A stretch of DNA of 64,000 nucleotides, taken from Octopus vulgaris. Its lineage: Eukaryota. Shown here one piece after another: positions 24,675 through 37,595 of the stretch. Position numbers and translations under genes: made by a program. Position 1 is the stretch's first letter; each line of letters opens with the position of its first letter. The notes beneath the pieces were generated by a model, which saw only the letters and a program-made list of their open reading frames with translations, did no database searches and was not told the DNA's origin. The DNA lies in NCBI GenBank assembly GCA_951406725.2, contig OX597826.1, positions 7,688,001-7,752,000 of the forward strand, read 5' to 3'.

Positions 24675-25067
24675 AAATATATATATATATATATATACAT
24701 ACACACATACACATACACACATATATATGTAAGTGTGTCTATATATATATATGTGTGTGTGTGTAAACGCGTGTGTGCCCGCGTGTGTGAGAGTATTTGT
24801 GTTGTATGGCTGTGTATGTACTGGTTTCTTAGTGTGTATATGTGCATAGATATGCGCGTCTCTGTGTTTATGTGTGTGTGCGTGTGGTTGCTTGCGTGTA
24901 TGTGTGTATGTGTGTTTGTGTGGTTGTTGACTTATATATATATACCAGGCACGAAAGCTTACATAAATGTGCATAGTTGTACTTACATTTGCTCGTATAA
25001 ATATATTATCTGTCCACATATATTACTCCATATAAACACACCTACACACCGAGAAATAGATAGATAA

Positions 25068-25627
25068 CTACATACATACATACATACATACATACATACA
25101 TACATACATACATACATACATACATACATACGTACGTACGAACATACACACATAGATTTATATACTTTCATACATACATACATACATACATACATACATA
25201 CGTACGTACGTACGTACATACACACATAGATTTATATAATTGCATACATACATACATACATACATACATACATACATACATACATACGTACGTACGTACA
25301 TACACACATAGATTTATATAATTGCATACATACATACATACATACATACATACATACATACATACATACATACATACATACATACATACATACATACGTA
25401 CGTACGTACATACACTCATTGATTTCTATACGTTCATACATACATACATACATACATACATACATACATACATACATACATACATACATACGTACGTACG
25501 TACATACACACATAGATTTATATACTTTCATACATACATACATACATACATACATACATACATACACACGTACGTACGTACGTACGTACATACACACAGA
25601 TATATATACTTTCATACATACATACAT
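25068..25627. repeat. Higher-order minisatellite built from (CATA)n/(CGTA)n, six units
   Basis: Spacer CATACACACATAGATTTATATA(CTTT/ATTG) or variants recurs six times. Confidence 0.9.
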
Positions 25628-26296
25628 ATGTGCATGCCTTTACTCACACATACCCACACACACCCACACGCACTTACGCATTCATTCCGTTTCCTTGCTC
25701 TGTTTTATTCCATAAATAACCGGTTGTCGTAGCTGGAAGTTAAACAAATAATCTACATAAGACACCGAATAAGCTGGAAAGCACGAACTTTACATAAATT
25801 CCTACCGCATTACGTTTCTTTTTTTTTTACCCCAATATCTTTAAATTCCTTCATCAAATTGACATGACTTATAGCATACTCTCGAGATAGAATTTTGTTT
25901 GAGAGTCGCAATCTGTCTTCGAGGACATTCACAGAAAGGCACAATCTCTGTTCATTGTTGTAAATTTCTTTCTTCAAGTTTATTTACGTCACAGAATTAC
26001 GACATAAATATCACTAAGCAATCCCATTCAATGGCCTTCACGTCATATCTTATACCGGCGAAATTATCAGGTGCGACCACGATTAGGTATTAGAATCAAC
26101 CATTCGTAATCTAGCACAGCTGTTGAGCGGAGGGCGATAAATAAATTAGCATCGAATAGCAATGGACTGGCGAAAACCATTACAGCGTCGAACGAGATAT
26201 TTCGCAGCATTTCTTCCCACTGCTTGAGCTCTTCTTGCTTATTCTAACCCTGCGTATTTTACCTACTTCTAACCAAATCTATTAGTATTTATGCGG

Positions 26297-26448
26297 AAAC
26301 CTCAATAATCTTTCGAACAACCTTTAAGACTTATATATTTGACGTTTTGTGCAACGTTGCTCAATCAGGGTCTGTACAAAGACGATGAAAATAGCTAATA
26401 TTTATTTGAATTATTTTGGAACGTATATACACAAGACCATAAAGAAAC
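26297..26448 (+). repeat. Copy 2 of the ~150-bp dispersed direct repeat
   Basis: See 24480-24631; both copies end at (TA)n. Confidence 0.85.
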
Positions 26449-26477
26449 ACGGATTATATATATATATATATATCCGC

Positions 26478-26508
<31 letters not shown>

Positions 26509-26630
26509 AGTATAGATGTATGCATATATATATACATACATACGTATATATATATGTGTGTGTGTATAAGGGTATATGTATATATGTATATATATATGTG
26601 TGTATATAACTGTATGTGCATATATAATCT

Positions 26631-26664
<34 letters not shown>

Positions 26665-26688
26665 TGTATATACATGAACATATATGTG

Positions 26689-26721
<33 letters not shown>

Positions 26722-26756
26722 GTATATACATGAACATATATGTGTATATATATATT

Positions 26757-26830
<74 letters not shown>

Positions 26831-27033
26831 GCACTTATTCAGCATTACCTGATACCTTTGGGTCTCAATGACACCATTATCTTTCATAACCTCAACTTCT
26901 CGCTATGTATATATAAATATATGTATACATATACGTATATGTAATGATATCGAAGTGAAATTGAAATTAATAGAAATTTTCACTTCCAGCGGCCTAGCGT
27001 GTAAAAATGTATTCCAAAGACTATGTATTACTC

Positions 27034-27186
27034 ATAAAATACAATGTACATTTAAACACATGAGGAATCCACTTCATGGGATTCATCACGATAGAAAGAA
27101 CAGTTCTGTTCCAAAACCAGGTTATGGAACCTAGCTGTTCTTTCTAGCGTGAATCCTTATGTGTTTAAATGTACACTGTATTTTAT
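27034..27186. repeat. Imperfect fold-back palindrome
   Basis: ATAAAATACAATGTACATTTAAACACATGAGGA...AGAAAGAACAG mirrored by CTGTTCTTTCT...TCCTTATGTGTTTAAATGTACACTGTATTTTAT. Confidence 0.85.
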
Positions 27187-27189
27187 ATG

Positions 27190-27290
<101 letters not shown>

Positions 27291-27310
27291 GCACATACAC
27301 ACACACACAC

Positions 27311-27867
27311 TTATTACTTTTACTCTTTTACTTGTTTCAGTCATTTGACTGTGGCCATGCTGGAGCACCGCCTTTAGTCGAGCAAATCGACCTCAGGACT
27401 TATTCTTTGTAAGCCTAGTACTTATACTATCGGTGTCTTTTGCCGAACCGCTAAGTTACGGGGACGTAAACACACCAGCATCGGTTGTCAAGCGATGTTG
27501 GGAGACAAACACAGACACACATACATATATACATCGCATGGCTCAGTGGTTAGAGCGTCGAGCTTACGATCGTCAGGTTGTGAGCTCGAATCCCGGACCG
27601 GGCTGCGTGTTGTGTTCACGAGCAAGGCACTTTATTTCACGTTGCTCCAGTTCACTCAGCTGTAGAAATGAGTTGCGACGTCACAGGTGCCAAGCTGTAT
27701 CGACCTTTGTCTTTCCCTTGGATAACACTGGTGGTGTGGAGAGGGGAGGCCGGTATGCATGGGCGACTACTGGTCTTCCATAAAACAACCTTGCCCAGAC
27801 TTGTGCCTCAGAGGGTAACTCTCTAGGTGCAAACCCATGGTCACTCATGACCGAAGGGGGTATTTAC

Positions 27868-27925
<58 letters not shown>

Positions 27926-27960
27926 GACAGGCTTCTTTCAGTTTCCGTCTACCAAATCCA
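27311..27960 (-). mobile_element. 5'-truncated S2 SINE interrupted by an S4 SINE
   Basis: S2 3' half at 27311-27534; resumes after (TA)n at ~27924-27960. Confidence 0.88.
27535..27871 (+). mobile_element. tRNA-derived SINE family S4
   Basis: Box A TGGCTCAGTGG, box B-like GAGCTCGAATCC, central GAGCAAGGCACTTTATTTCAC..CACTCAGCTGTAGAAATGAGT (resembles conserved SINE central domains; exact class unverified). Confidence 0.85.
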
Positions 27961-28149
27961 ATTAGTACCCATTTGTGACTCCATATATCAGTAGCTAGTT
28001 CTAATTCAATGTACTAGTACCTTGCTGTACTTCGACGCATTAGTAGATTTAGCCGTATAATTTGGTTCTTAGTTCTATGTTAAAACGCTAGAGAAAAATT
28101 AATTAAAATGATACAATTAAATCAGTTAGACGTATACGGTGAATAAATT

Positions 28150-28290
28150 TGATTGACGCTCAGTATAAGTTTTAGATGGTAAACTATAAGTGTAAATGAC
28201 GTTTCGAGCAAAGCTCTTCGTCAGAGAGAGGAAAAAGTCCAGAGAGGAACAACAGAAGGAATGAATAGGTAGTCCTGAGAAAATCACGTG
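28150..28290 (-). mobile_element. Degenerate pLTR-like element with hammerhead core
   Basis: Minus strand CTGACGA-A-GAGC-TTT-GCTC-GAAAC-GTC at 28198-28224; canonical core but stem I no longer pairs. Confidence 0.6.
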
Positions 28291-28337
28291 TTTCGTTACA
28301 TGACCGAACTACTCCTATGCATTACTGCCTATTTCTA

Positions 28338-28518
28338 CAGTTCTATATTTAAGAGATGAAGAATTATGTACATTACTTACATTATTTACATTCGACGGAT
28401 ATTTGTCCTCATCTTGTTTGTTGTTAACACAACATTTCGGCTGATATACCCTCCAGCCTTCTTCAGGTGCCTTGGGGAAATTTCGAACCTGGATTCTCAT
28501 TCCTAAGGTATTTTTCGA
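28338..28518 (-). mobile_element. 5'-truncated H-B element with 12-bp TSD
   Basis: TSD TGCCTATTTCTA at 28326-28337 and 28519-28530; homologous to 19605-19679 and 19810-19936. Confidence 0.9.
28426..28471 (-). ncRNA. Minimal type I hammerhead ribozyme motif
   Basis: Minus strand GGCAC-CTGAAGA-A-GGCTG-GAGGGTATAT-CAGCC-GAAAT-GTT-GTGTT. Confidence 0.75.
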
Positions 28519-29579
28519 TGCCTATTTCTATCCTAACTATTAGTATCTATTTCTACTCGTATGTTTTAATACCTAGTTCAATATGTTTCATACTATTGAC
28601 ATTGTACCAAATATAATGGGTTCTGTTATCGTTTAGCAAAATGCGAACTGCTTTCGCCAAAATCCACCAGATACAACCAGTTCTCTTTCGTATTCACTAA
28701 GTATTTCTCTATTGTCAAAATTAAAATCGCGTCTGGCCTACTTGAGTGGTAAACCTAAACCGTCGCCCGGTATAACACGATCAGCGGACACTTATCTGTC
28801 TTTTACGGTGTCCAATCTGTTGCAAGGGTTCAGTTCAGTGTCCCCAGTTATTTGAAAATACCCTAAAATCTCTCTATGATTGCCCTGTAAAAGTGTCATT
28901 GATATTCCCGTTCTCTCCTGACTAGGAGTTTTTTTTTTAAATATCGATTTACATTTACGTTTAGTCGCTTACCATATGTTTCAAGTGGTTTCTCGGCACA
29001 AACATGTATACCGCTTAAAGGAGTGCAACAGAATATATTTGAACAGAGATGATAAGACATGAAACTGAACCCTTTTCAGTGCTTACTATGAGTTCTTACG
29101 TGTTGTTCTCTTCGCTCCTGGCTGAGGTCAATTTCCATTTAATTCCTCACGTCTTGCGTCGGAAAAACAAGAAACAACAATGTGATGCGATGATTAAATT
29201 GATTATACCCGATCTATGGAAAATTTCCATAGACGGGAGTATAATCAATTAGCATTAAGTCTAATTAATCAATTAGAATTATTATTTAAATAATCAATTA
29301 GCATTATGTATGTTCTTAGTTTTAGCTGTTGTTATCTCTTTTGAGATTCTGGTGGAGAACTGACACATCAGCGTCCATGTTGTGATTCAAGAGAGGAATT
29401 CGCAGTAGAAGTTTCCAATTACTTTCTTATCACACTGCATGAAACATTCTTACAGTAAGTGACAAAAGCCTTTACGTGGTCGAGTAATCGGCTAGAAATT
29501 GCAGCCAGAATTTCCACGAATCAAACGCTATCACCTTCAAGAAAAGTATAACTTTCCATAGAAAACACTAAATTATGAG

Positions 29580-29983
29580 CAGAAATGGCTGTGAGGTAAG
29601 AAGCTTGCTTCAGTCCCATTCCGTTCCACCTTGGGCAAGTGTCTTCTCCGATAACCTCGGGCCAACTTAAGTCACGTGGGTGGATTTGTTAGACGCAAAG
29701 TGGAAGATGCTCGTTCTACATATATTTGTCTATTTGTGTGTGTGTATGTGTGTGTGTGTGCGTGTGTCTGTGTGTGTCTGTGTGTATGTGTGCATGCGTG
29801 TGTTTGAGACTATGTCTCTCCGCACAGCACGGCTTGACAAACGGTGTTGGTGAGTTTAAATCTCCGTAACTTAACGGTTCGGTAAAAGGGACCAACAGAA
29901 TAAGTACCGGGACTATTAAGGACTAAAAATTCTTCCAGGCTGTGCCCCACCATGGGCGCACTCTAATGAAACAAGTAAAAGAT
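29580..29983 (+). mobile_element. Diverged S2 SINE
   Basis: CCTTGGGCAAGTGTCTTCT...GAAACAAGTAAAAGA. Confidence 0.85.
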
Positions 29984-30319
29984 AGCCAAATCTTGCCTGA
30001 ATTCAAAATAAAAATGGTCGCCGCTTGGATGCTTTTGAGGGAAGATCACTTAGTTAGGGGTTGAAAAGGAGCCAAACAATAAGAAAAAATGACGACAATA
30101 ACCCCTTCCTTAAATTTATAATACACTGAAGCCTATTTCGAAATTACAGCTAAATATCGTGGACAACGTATCTGGATACAAAACGAGGGTTTACAGCTTT
30201 AAACGTAGGTCCCCTAATTCAGATATGATCTGAAGCTAAAGAACTTCAATAACATCAGCAATGAAATATTTTTTACATTCATAACATGGTAAGATCTATT
30301 TCGGAACTGCAGTTAAATA

Positions 30320-30571
30320 GGCGCAGACGTGGCTGTGTGACATAGTCGCGGCGTGTCTGTGTAGTAAGAAACATACTTCCCAATCACATGTTTCCGGGTT
30401 CAGTCCCAGTGCGTGGCAACTTGGATGAGTGTCTTCTACTATAGCCTCAGCCCGGTCGACCGAAGCTTTGTGGATGGATTTGGTAGACGGAAACTGAAAG
30501 AAGCCGGTGCCGGTACATTCACTGTGAAAAATTAGAATGCTGAGAGTGAGCCCCGCCAGAATGCGAAATGC

Positions 30572-30636
<65 letters not shown>

Positions 30637-30667
30637 GTATATGTGTGTTGTGTGTATATATATATAT

Positions 30668-30702
<35 letters not shown>

Positions 30703-31066
30703 TAGATATAGATACATGTGTGTATGTATGTATGTATATATATTTATGTATGTATGTATATATATATATATACACATACACACATGTATATATATATGTA
30801 TGTATGCATGTATATACATATGTATGTATGTATTTAGGCATGTATGCATATGTGCATAAGTTTGTTCGTCTGTGTTTATCCTCTCGCCACCATCGCTTGA
30901 CAACCGATGTTTGTGTGTTTACGTCCCCATAACAGAGCGGTTCGGCAAAAGAGACCGATAAGACAAGTACTAGGCTTACAAAGAGTAAGTCCTGGGGTCG
31001 ATTTGTTCGACTAAAGGCTGTGCTCCAGCATGGTCGCAGTCAATGGACCAAATCAAATAAATGAAA
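30320..31066 (+). mobile_element. S2 SINE with greatly expanded internal microsatellite and a ~70-bp foreign insert
   Basis: 5' half 30320-30505; insert ~30506-30575; repeats to ~30860; 3' half to ~31066. Confidence 0.88.
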
Positions 31067-31237
31067 GAAAGAAGAATGCGATGAACACAAACACAACTTG
31101 TGATTCTGTGAGGTAGAATGTCTGAAACTTCTGGATGTGAGCTAAACAACAAAACATCTGCGATCTTGTGCTGGAATTGATTGTATCTACTGCACCATTC
31201 TCTCCAAACTGCTGGCATTCTGGCTAAATAAGAATCA

Positions 31238-31890
31238 ATATGGATTTCAAAATTTTGGCACAACACCGCCAAGTTCGGCTGAGAGGTAAATCGATACATC
31301 GATCCCAGTGATCAACTGGTACTTATTTCATCAACCGTGTAGGCACGAAAGGCAAAGCTGACCTCGCCCCGGCATTGTAGCTCAGACGGACCAAATGTGT
31401 GTGCTAACGATTGTGCCAGCTCGCTACCTTAACACTGATATTAATACTTTATATTAGTTTTAAGGTGGTGAGCTGGCCGAATCGTTGGTGCGCTGACCAA
31501 ACTGCTTCTCGACATTTCGTCCGTCTTTACGTTCTGATTTCAAATCTCTCCGAAGTCGATTTACATTTCATCCCTTAGGGGTCGATTGCATTAATTCGAG
31601 TAGAAAACTGGGCTCAAAGTAATTTGCGTATCCTCTCCCTGAAATTGCTGATCTGCCAAAATTTGAAACTAATATTAATTTCTGTATTTGATTGGCAGAA
31701 ACGTTAGAGCGTTTTGAGTTCAAATTCCGCCGAGGTCGATTTTGCCTTTCATCCTTTCGGGGTCGATAAATTAAGTACTAATTACGCACTGGGGCCGATG
31801 TAATCGACTTAATCCCTTTGTCTGTCCCTGTTTGTCCCCTCTGTGTTTAGCCCCTTGTGGGCAATAAAGAAATAAGAAACGTTAGAGAGT
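31238..31890. mobile_element. Cluster of S3 SINEs: minus ~31238-31430, plus ~31464-31676, truncated tail-A copy ~31709-31874
   Basis: S3 motifs; AGAAACGTTAGAG duplicated around the third copy. Confidence 0.85.
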
Positions 31891-32051
31891 CGAACAAAAT
31901 GCAGTAACTTTATTTCTTACTGCTCATTAACTTCTGGCTTTCAATCTCACCAAAACCCTCGTAACTTTCATCGGTCTTGAGTCAGCTTCAAAGTACAAAT
32001 CAAATGCTTTCTCACCCAAGTTTTCTTGTTTTGTATTATATTAATTTCAAG

Positions 32052-32260
32052 AGGCGTAGCTATGTGGTAAGAAGTTGCCATCCTAACTCAATGGTTCCCA
32101 ACCACATGGTTCCGGATTCCTTCCTACTGCGTGACACATGTTGACCCGTGTTGACCAAAGCCTTATGAATGTATCTGATAGACGGGAACTGAAACAAAAC
32201 CGTTGTGTGTATATATATATATATATATATGTATGTATATATGTAAGAATGTATGTACAT

Positions 32261-32324
<64 letters not shown>

Positions 32325-32500
32325 GTTTGTGTGCGTGTCTGTGTTCGATCCTGACCACCGCTTGATGAACGGCGTTGGTGTGTTTACGTCTCCGTAAATT
32401 ATAGGTTCGGTAAAGGAAACCGATGGAATAAGTACCTAACTTTAAAAAAAAGACATTAAGAAGTACTGGGTTCGATACGTTCCACTGAAACTTTTCATAA
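32052..32500 (+). mobile_element. Diverged S2 SINE
   Basis: CCAACCACATGGTTCCGG...GTGTGTTTACGTCTCCGTAA. Confidence 0.8.
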
Positions 32501-32589
32501 CAGGACCCGTGTATCAATATCAGATATCACTGTAGATTTAATATGAAAGCATAGTGCTGGTAGACACGTCGAACGATCGATTATACATA

Positions 32590-32826
32590 AAGGGTGACCC
32601 AAAAGTAGGTTTACAGTTATCACGTAGGTACTTTAAATTTCTTTTAAAACATTTAATTACATTTTAATTCATATCTTACAAACTGAAGAGGGAGCTTGTT
32701 AAAATTATCTAAATTAGCATAGAATAATAGTTTTATATTTTTTTTTACAATTAAGATGTAATCTCATAATATATGAATTCGAAAGAGATAGCTGAATAAC
32801 TGTAAACCTGCTTTTGGGTCACGCTG
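32590..32826. mobile_element. Tc1/mariner-type MITE
   Basis: 31-bp TIRs AAGGGTGACCCAAAAGTAGGTTTACAGTTAT / ATAACTGTAAACCTGCTTTTGGGTCACGCTG (3 mismatches); TA at 32588-32589 and 32827-32828; no ORF. Confidence 0.88.
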
Positions 32827-33096
32827 TATAATCGGAGTTTAGTTACCTCCCCTTATGTTATGCCTATATATCTATATCTCTGGAGTCGACTTGGCTTTCA
32901 TTGTTCGATAGTCAATAGGAGTAACAGTCAAGTACTGTAAACTATTAAACAAACACACCTCCCCTACCCAAAATATGCAGTCTTGTGTCAAAGAAATCAA
33001 TATAATTTGAGATAGATCTATATATCTATAACAATGCATCTAAATATAAATATAGCTATTTCATGCACCTATTCACCTCCTTGCAAGTATCTCCCA

Positions 33097-33136
<40 letters not shown>

Positions 33137-33471
33137 GACTCCCTCTCTCATACTCACTCTCCCCTCTATGTTCCTCCCTTTCTCATTCCACCTCTTTCTT
33201 TGTCTTCCTCTCTGTTTCCGTATGTCTGTCTATCTGTATTTCTCTATGTCTCTGTCTTTCATCGTCAGTTCTTTATCTTTCTCCTTCTCCTTTCTTTTTC
33301 CTCTTGCGGTTTCCCTCTTTCCCTTCTCTCTGTCTCTCTGTTTCTCTTTCTCTCTCTTTCCCCGGTCGTGTTTTCAGATATAACTGTTGAATATATAAAC
33401 ACATAACTGATTTCGTGCGAACAGGATATGTAACTATACTAGGCATTCTTCCCCTCTCTCTCTCGCTCTCA

Positions 33472-33575
<104 letters not shown>

Positions 33576-33588
33576 ATCTATATATAAA

Positions 33589-33871
33589 GTTAATCCAAAC
33601 ATGAAAACACGAAGATAAAACACAACAACGCGAGGACGTGGAACAAATGTAGTGTTATTGGACGCTCGTACATCGTTGACGATTTTTTTCTCTCTGTCTT
33701 CCTTTTCTATTAGACTTTCCTCTGTTTCCTGTTTCTGAAGAAGAGCGTCTGCTCGAAACGTAAAACCACCTTTCTCTCCTTCCCTGAGCGTCTGCTAATA
33801 CTTTACATGTCCCACGTCCTTGCATTGTTGTTTTCTATTCTCTGTTTGTTCTTCGCTTATTTTTGGATTAA
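33589..33871 (+). mobile_element. Hammerhead-bearing pLTR-like element (H-C) preceded by a diverged inverted copy of its tail
   Basis: 33589-33667 is a diverged reverse complement of 33786-33871; hammerhead at 33731-33766. Confidence 0.8.
33731..33766 (+). ncRNA. Minimal type I hammerhead ribozyme motif, intact core
   Basis: GTTT-CTGAAGA-A-GAGC-GTCT-GCTC-GAAAC-GTA-AAAC; predicted cleavage after 33762. Confidence 0.82.
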
Positions 33872-34134
33872 GATGTGATATATATATGCATGTTTTTATA
33901 CACGTACATATGTATACACACACACACGCGCGCACGCACAAACACAAACATATATTAAATGATGTAAGGACGAAAAACTTTCATTCAAAATCTTGAGTTT
34001 CTGTGTCAACAATTCAACGATCGTTGCACGTCATCAACTTATGCTCGTCCTGTGCACATTAGAAACATCAATGAAAGCCAAAGTATAAAATAAAACTAAA
34101 AAGAAAATAGTATGTATGAGTGCGCACGTATATT

Positions 34135-34187
34135 CATCTCTCTGTCTCTGTCTCTCTTTCTCTCTCTCTCTCTATCTATCTATCTAA

Positions 34188-34236
<49 letters not shown>

Positions 34237-34367
34237 CATCCATCTGTATGCCTGTCTATCTATTTATCTATATATCTATCCATCTGTATGTCTGTCTGTC
34301 TATCTATCTATCTATTTATCTATCCATCTGTCTGTCTATCTATCTATCTATCTAGCTAGCTATCTAT

Positions 34368-34437
<70 letters not shown>
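34135..34437. repeat. (CT)/(CTAT)/(TA) compound microsatellite
   Basis: Direct reading. Confidence 0.95.
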
Positions 34438-34442
<5 letters not shown>

Positions 34443-34937
34443 TAACTGTATCTCTATGCATGCGTGCGTGTGGGGGCATGTATGTACGTGCGAGTATGAC
34501 TCCCTCATACCCATTCACTTTCATTCTCACTCCTTCTTTGTATATATACATATACACACATATATACACAACAACGCCTGCGCATACACTCGCACACATA
34601 ATTATGCATACAAATAAGTATAGACGGAGAAAATGTATATATGTATATACGTGTATATGTACTTGTATATATGGTATGCCTGCGTGACTGTAACTATATA
34701 AACGAGTATAGATACACGCATAAATGTGCATATACATATACATATATACTCGCGTACAGACCTATATACACACAAACGTAGGAAAAGACATCAGGCAGGT
34801 GAAGTCCTTTTTGCCTTGTATCACTGTAAATAGATTCATACACAGAACAGAGTAGTGTGAAGTAACTATGCGAGAACTACGAATTCCCTAGCTCAATATT
34901 CACATATATTTCCACATATACATACATGCATATGTTC

Positions 34938-34983
<46 letters not shown>

Positions 34984-35013
34984 GCACATACACATGTATA
35001 CGCGCATATATTA

Positions 35014-35072
<59 letters not shown>

Positions 35073-35340
35073 ATGTATGTATATGTATATGTGCATGTAT
35101 GTATGTAAGCATGCATTTTATCAGTATCTGATCATGTGTTGTAATATTTTTAGTAAGAATCGAAACTAAAATACTGCCAACATTTCTGAAGATATCTTAA
35201 GAAGAAAACAAAAATCGATAGAGCACATGCACAGTTTAGATTTCGTTAACAATAACCCGAAGACATTATGAAGATTTTCAATCGTGTAACATAATAATAA
35301 TAGTAATAATGAGAATAATAATAATAATGATAATAATAAC

Positions 35341-35386
<46 letters not shown>

Positions 35387-35714
35387 GTGATAATAATGAA
35401 TAACAACAACGATAATCAGAAGAATAATAATTATAATAACAACAATAATAATGCTGCATTTTGAGAAGAAAAATGGAAAAAATAAAGAAAGTTAAAAATA
35501 TCTACGTGTATTTCCTAACAGCCCGGAGAGTAATTTCTAACAAATAAACTCAGGTAGAAAAATCTAGAAATATTTTTGAATTTATATGAATACCATAAAA
35601 TTTGTATTAGAAAGTAGAAAACAACGAGAACAAATAAATACATACATGTATACATGAATACGTGCAGGCACACACATACACACACACACACACATACATA
35701 CATACATACATACA

Positions 35715-35803
<89 letters not shown>

Positions 35804-35888
35804 ACGTCACAATCTCAAAGCATACCAACAGCAACAACAACAGAAGCAACAGCGATGATGTTGGTAGTGATGTGGTGATGGTGATCGC

Positions 35889-35924
<36 letters not shown>

Positions 35925-36819
35925 GCAGAAGATCACTGAATATTTGTGTAAAAAGATAGAGAGATAACTAGATTATATTTACGTTTAGCCCAACTGAAGA
36001 TTTAACTGTGTTTGGTTTTAAATACATCTGGACGCATTTGGCTAGAAATAGAAACGAAATATAGCTGATGTCAAATGTTAATTCATTTTTAAAAACTTAG
36101 ATTACAGTCGTTAACAAAGACCTGTGTACACGGAATCTGCCTGATGGTCATGGAAGAACTTCCTTTGACAAAACAGCAACATTATAAACGAGCCAGCGAA
36201 AGAGTCATTGGGCGACGGCCCCGAAATATTGTTCACTAAAACAAAAGAATGCATCTTACAATGAACTTAGAACAAGTCATGCCGACATATATTTAGTAAA
36301 TTCTTTTATCTATTTTTTTTCCTCTGAATATTGGCCAACTATCCATGAAGCATATTAACGCACGTTCCTTATTTTTCAGTGTACGAAAACTATAACGTAA
36401 TGTTTTAATTGTTTTTCTTACTTTTCATGGTATACATCTTGCCAAGTCCAGATACATTCACGGACGCAATACTGTCGGCAGATTTATTGATTGGAGAAAT
36501 ATGCAGAGAAATCGACCAGAAGACGATATATTAAAATGGCTTGGCTCTTTGCCCAGTCAGATAAGGAGATAATGCAAACCGTTCAGATCTAAACATAAAA
36601 AAATAGTAACTGGAACAAACGATAATATATGCACTCAGAGAGACGGCTCGGTTCATTCACCCCAAAACATTAACCGGTAAGATTTGGATAAATTGTCAAA
36701 AAACAAAACATCTTCAACTTGGAAACAATCAGGATGTAGGGCAGGAAAACGAAGGAAGTACTAATTAGAAGTGAAGAACTAACGCTTGGCGAAGAGTATA
36801 AACAAATATGTAGATACTA

Positions 36820-37595
36820 TTGATTTCATATTTTAGCACAAGGCCGGCAATTTCGGAGGAAGGGATTCCATTACATCGACCTCTGTGGTCAAGTGGTACT
36901 TACATTTTAAAACCTAGTGCTTATTCTATATCAATATTTTTTCACGAAATGCTACATTTATAGGGACACTAACATACCAACACCGGTTATTCGGTTGTCA
37001 AGCGGTGGTGGTGGGGTACATGCACAGACAACCCCGTAAATATATATATATATATACATATACATACATGCATATACATACATGCATGTGTGCGTGTGCG
37101 TGTGTGAGGGGGTATCCGTGTCCGTGTCCGAAGTACTTCTTTCAGTTTCGGCTTCTAATTCTACTCATAAGGCTTTGGTCGACCGAAACTCTACTAGAAA
37201 ACATTTGCTCGTGATGTCATACAGTGGGACTGATCCCAGAACGATGCTGTTTGGAAGCAAATTTCTTACAACACAAAACCCAAATTACAACCCTGTGAGA
37301 AACGTGCCAAACCCTTCACATGACACCTTCAATTAAATAGCACATCTCAAACAGTAAACTCCTTGCACACAGCAAATACTCTTAATAATTATTTCAAATT
37401 GTGGCCACAAGGGCCGCTTGGGGGAAGTGGGGATGAGTCGATTACATCGACCCCAGTGTTCAACTGGTATTTATTTTATCGACCCCAAAACGATCAAGGC
37501 AAAGTCGGCTTCGGTGGAATTTGAAATCAGAACGTGGCGAAATACTGCCAAGCATGTCGTCCAGCTTGCTAACGATTCTGTCAGCTCACCGCCTT
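36820..37595 (-). mobile_element. Decayed S3 fragment, decayed S2 (~36914-37275) and S3 copy (~37390-37594)
   Basis: Family motifs on the minus strand. Confidence 0.7.

Noticed and set aside
25068-25627. CRISPR-like repeat/spacer pattern
   Set aside because: The intervening sequences are microsatellite, not unique spacers; eukaryotic context and no cas genes.
36430-36570. Short open frame faintly like an RTE C-terminus (...EDDILKW)
   Set aside because: Similarity too weak to call by eye.
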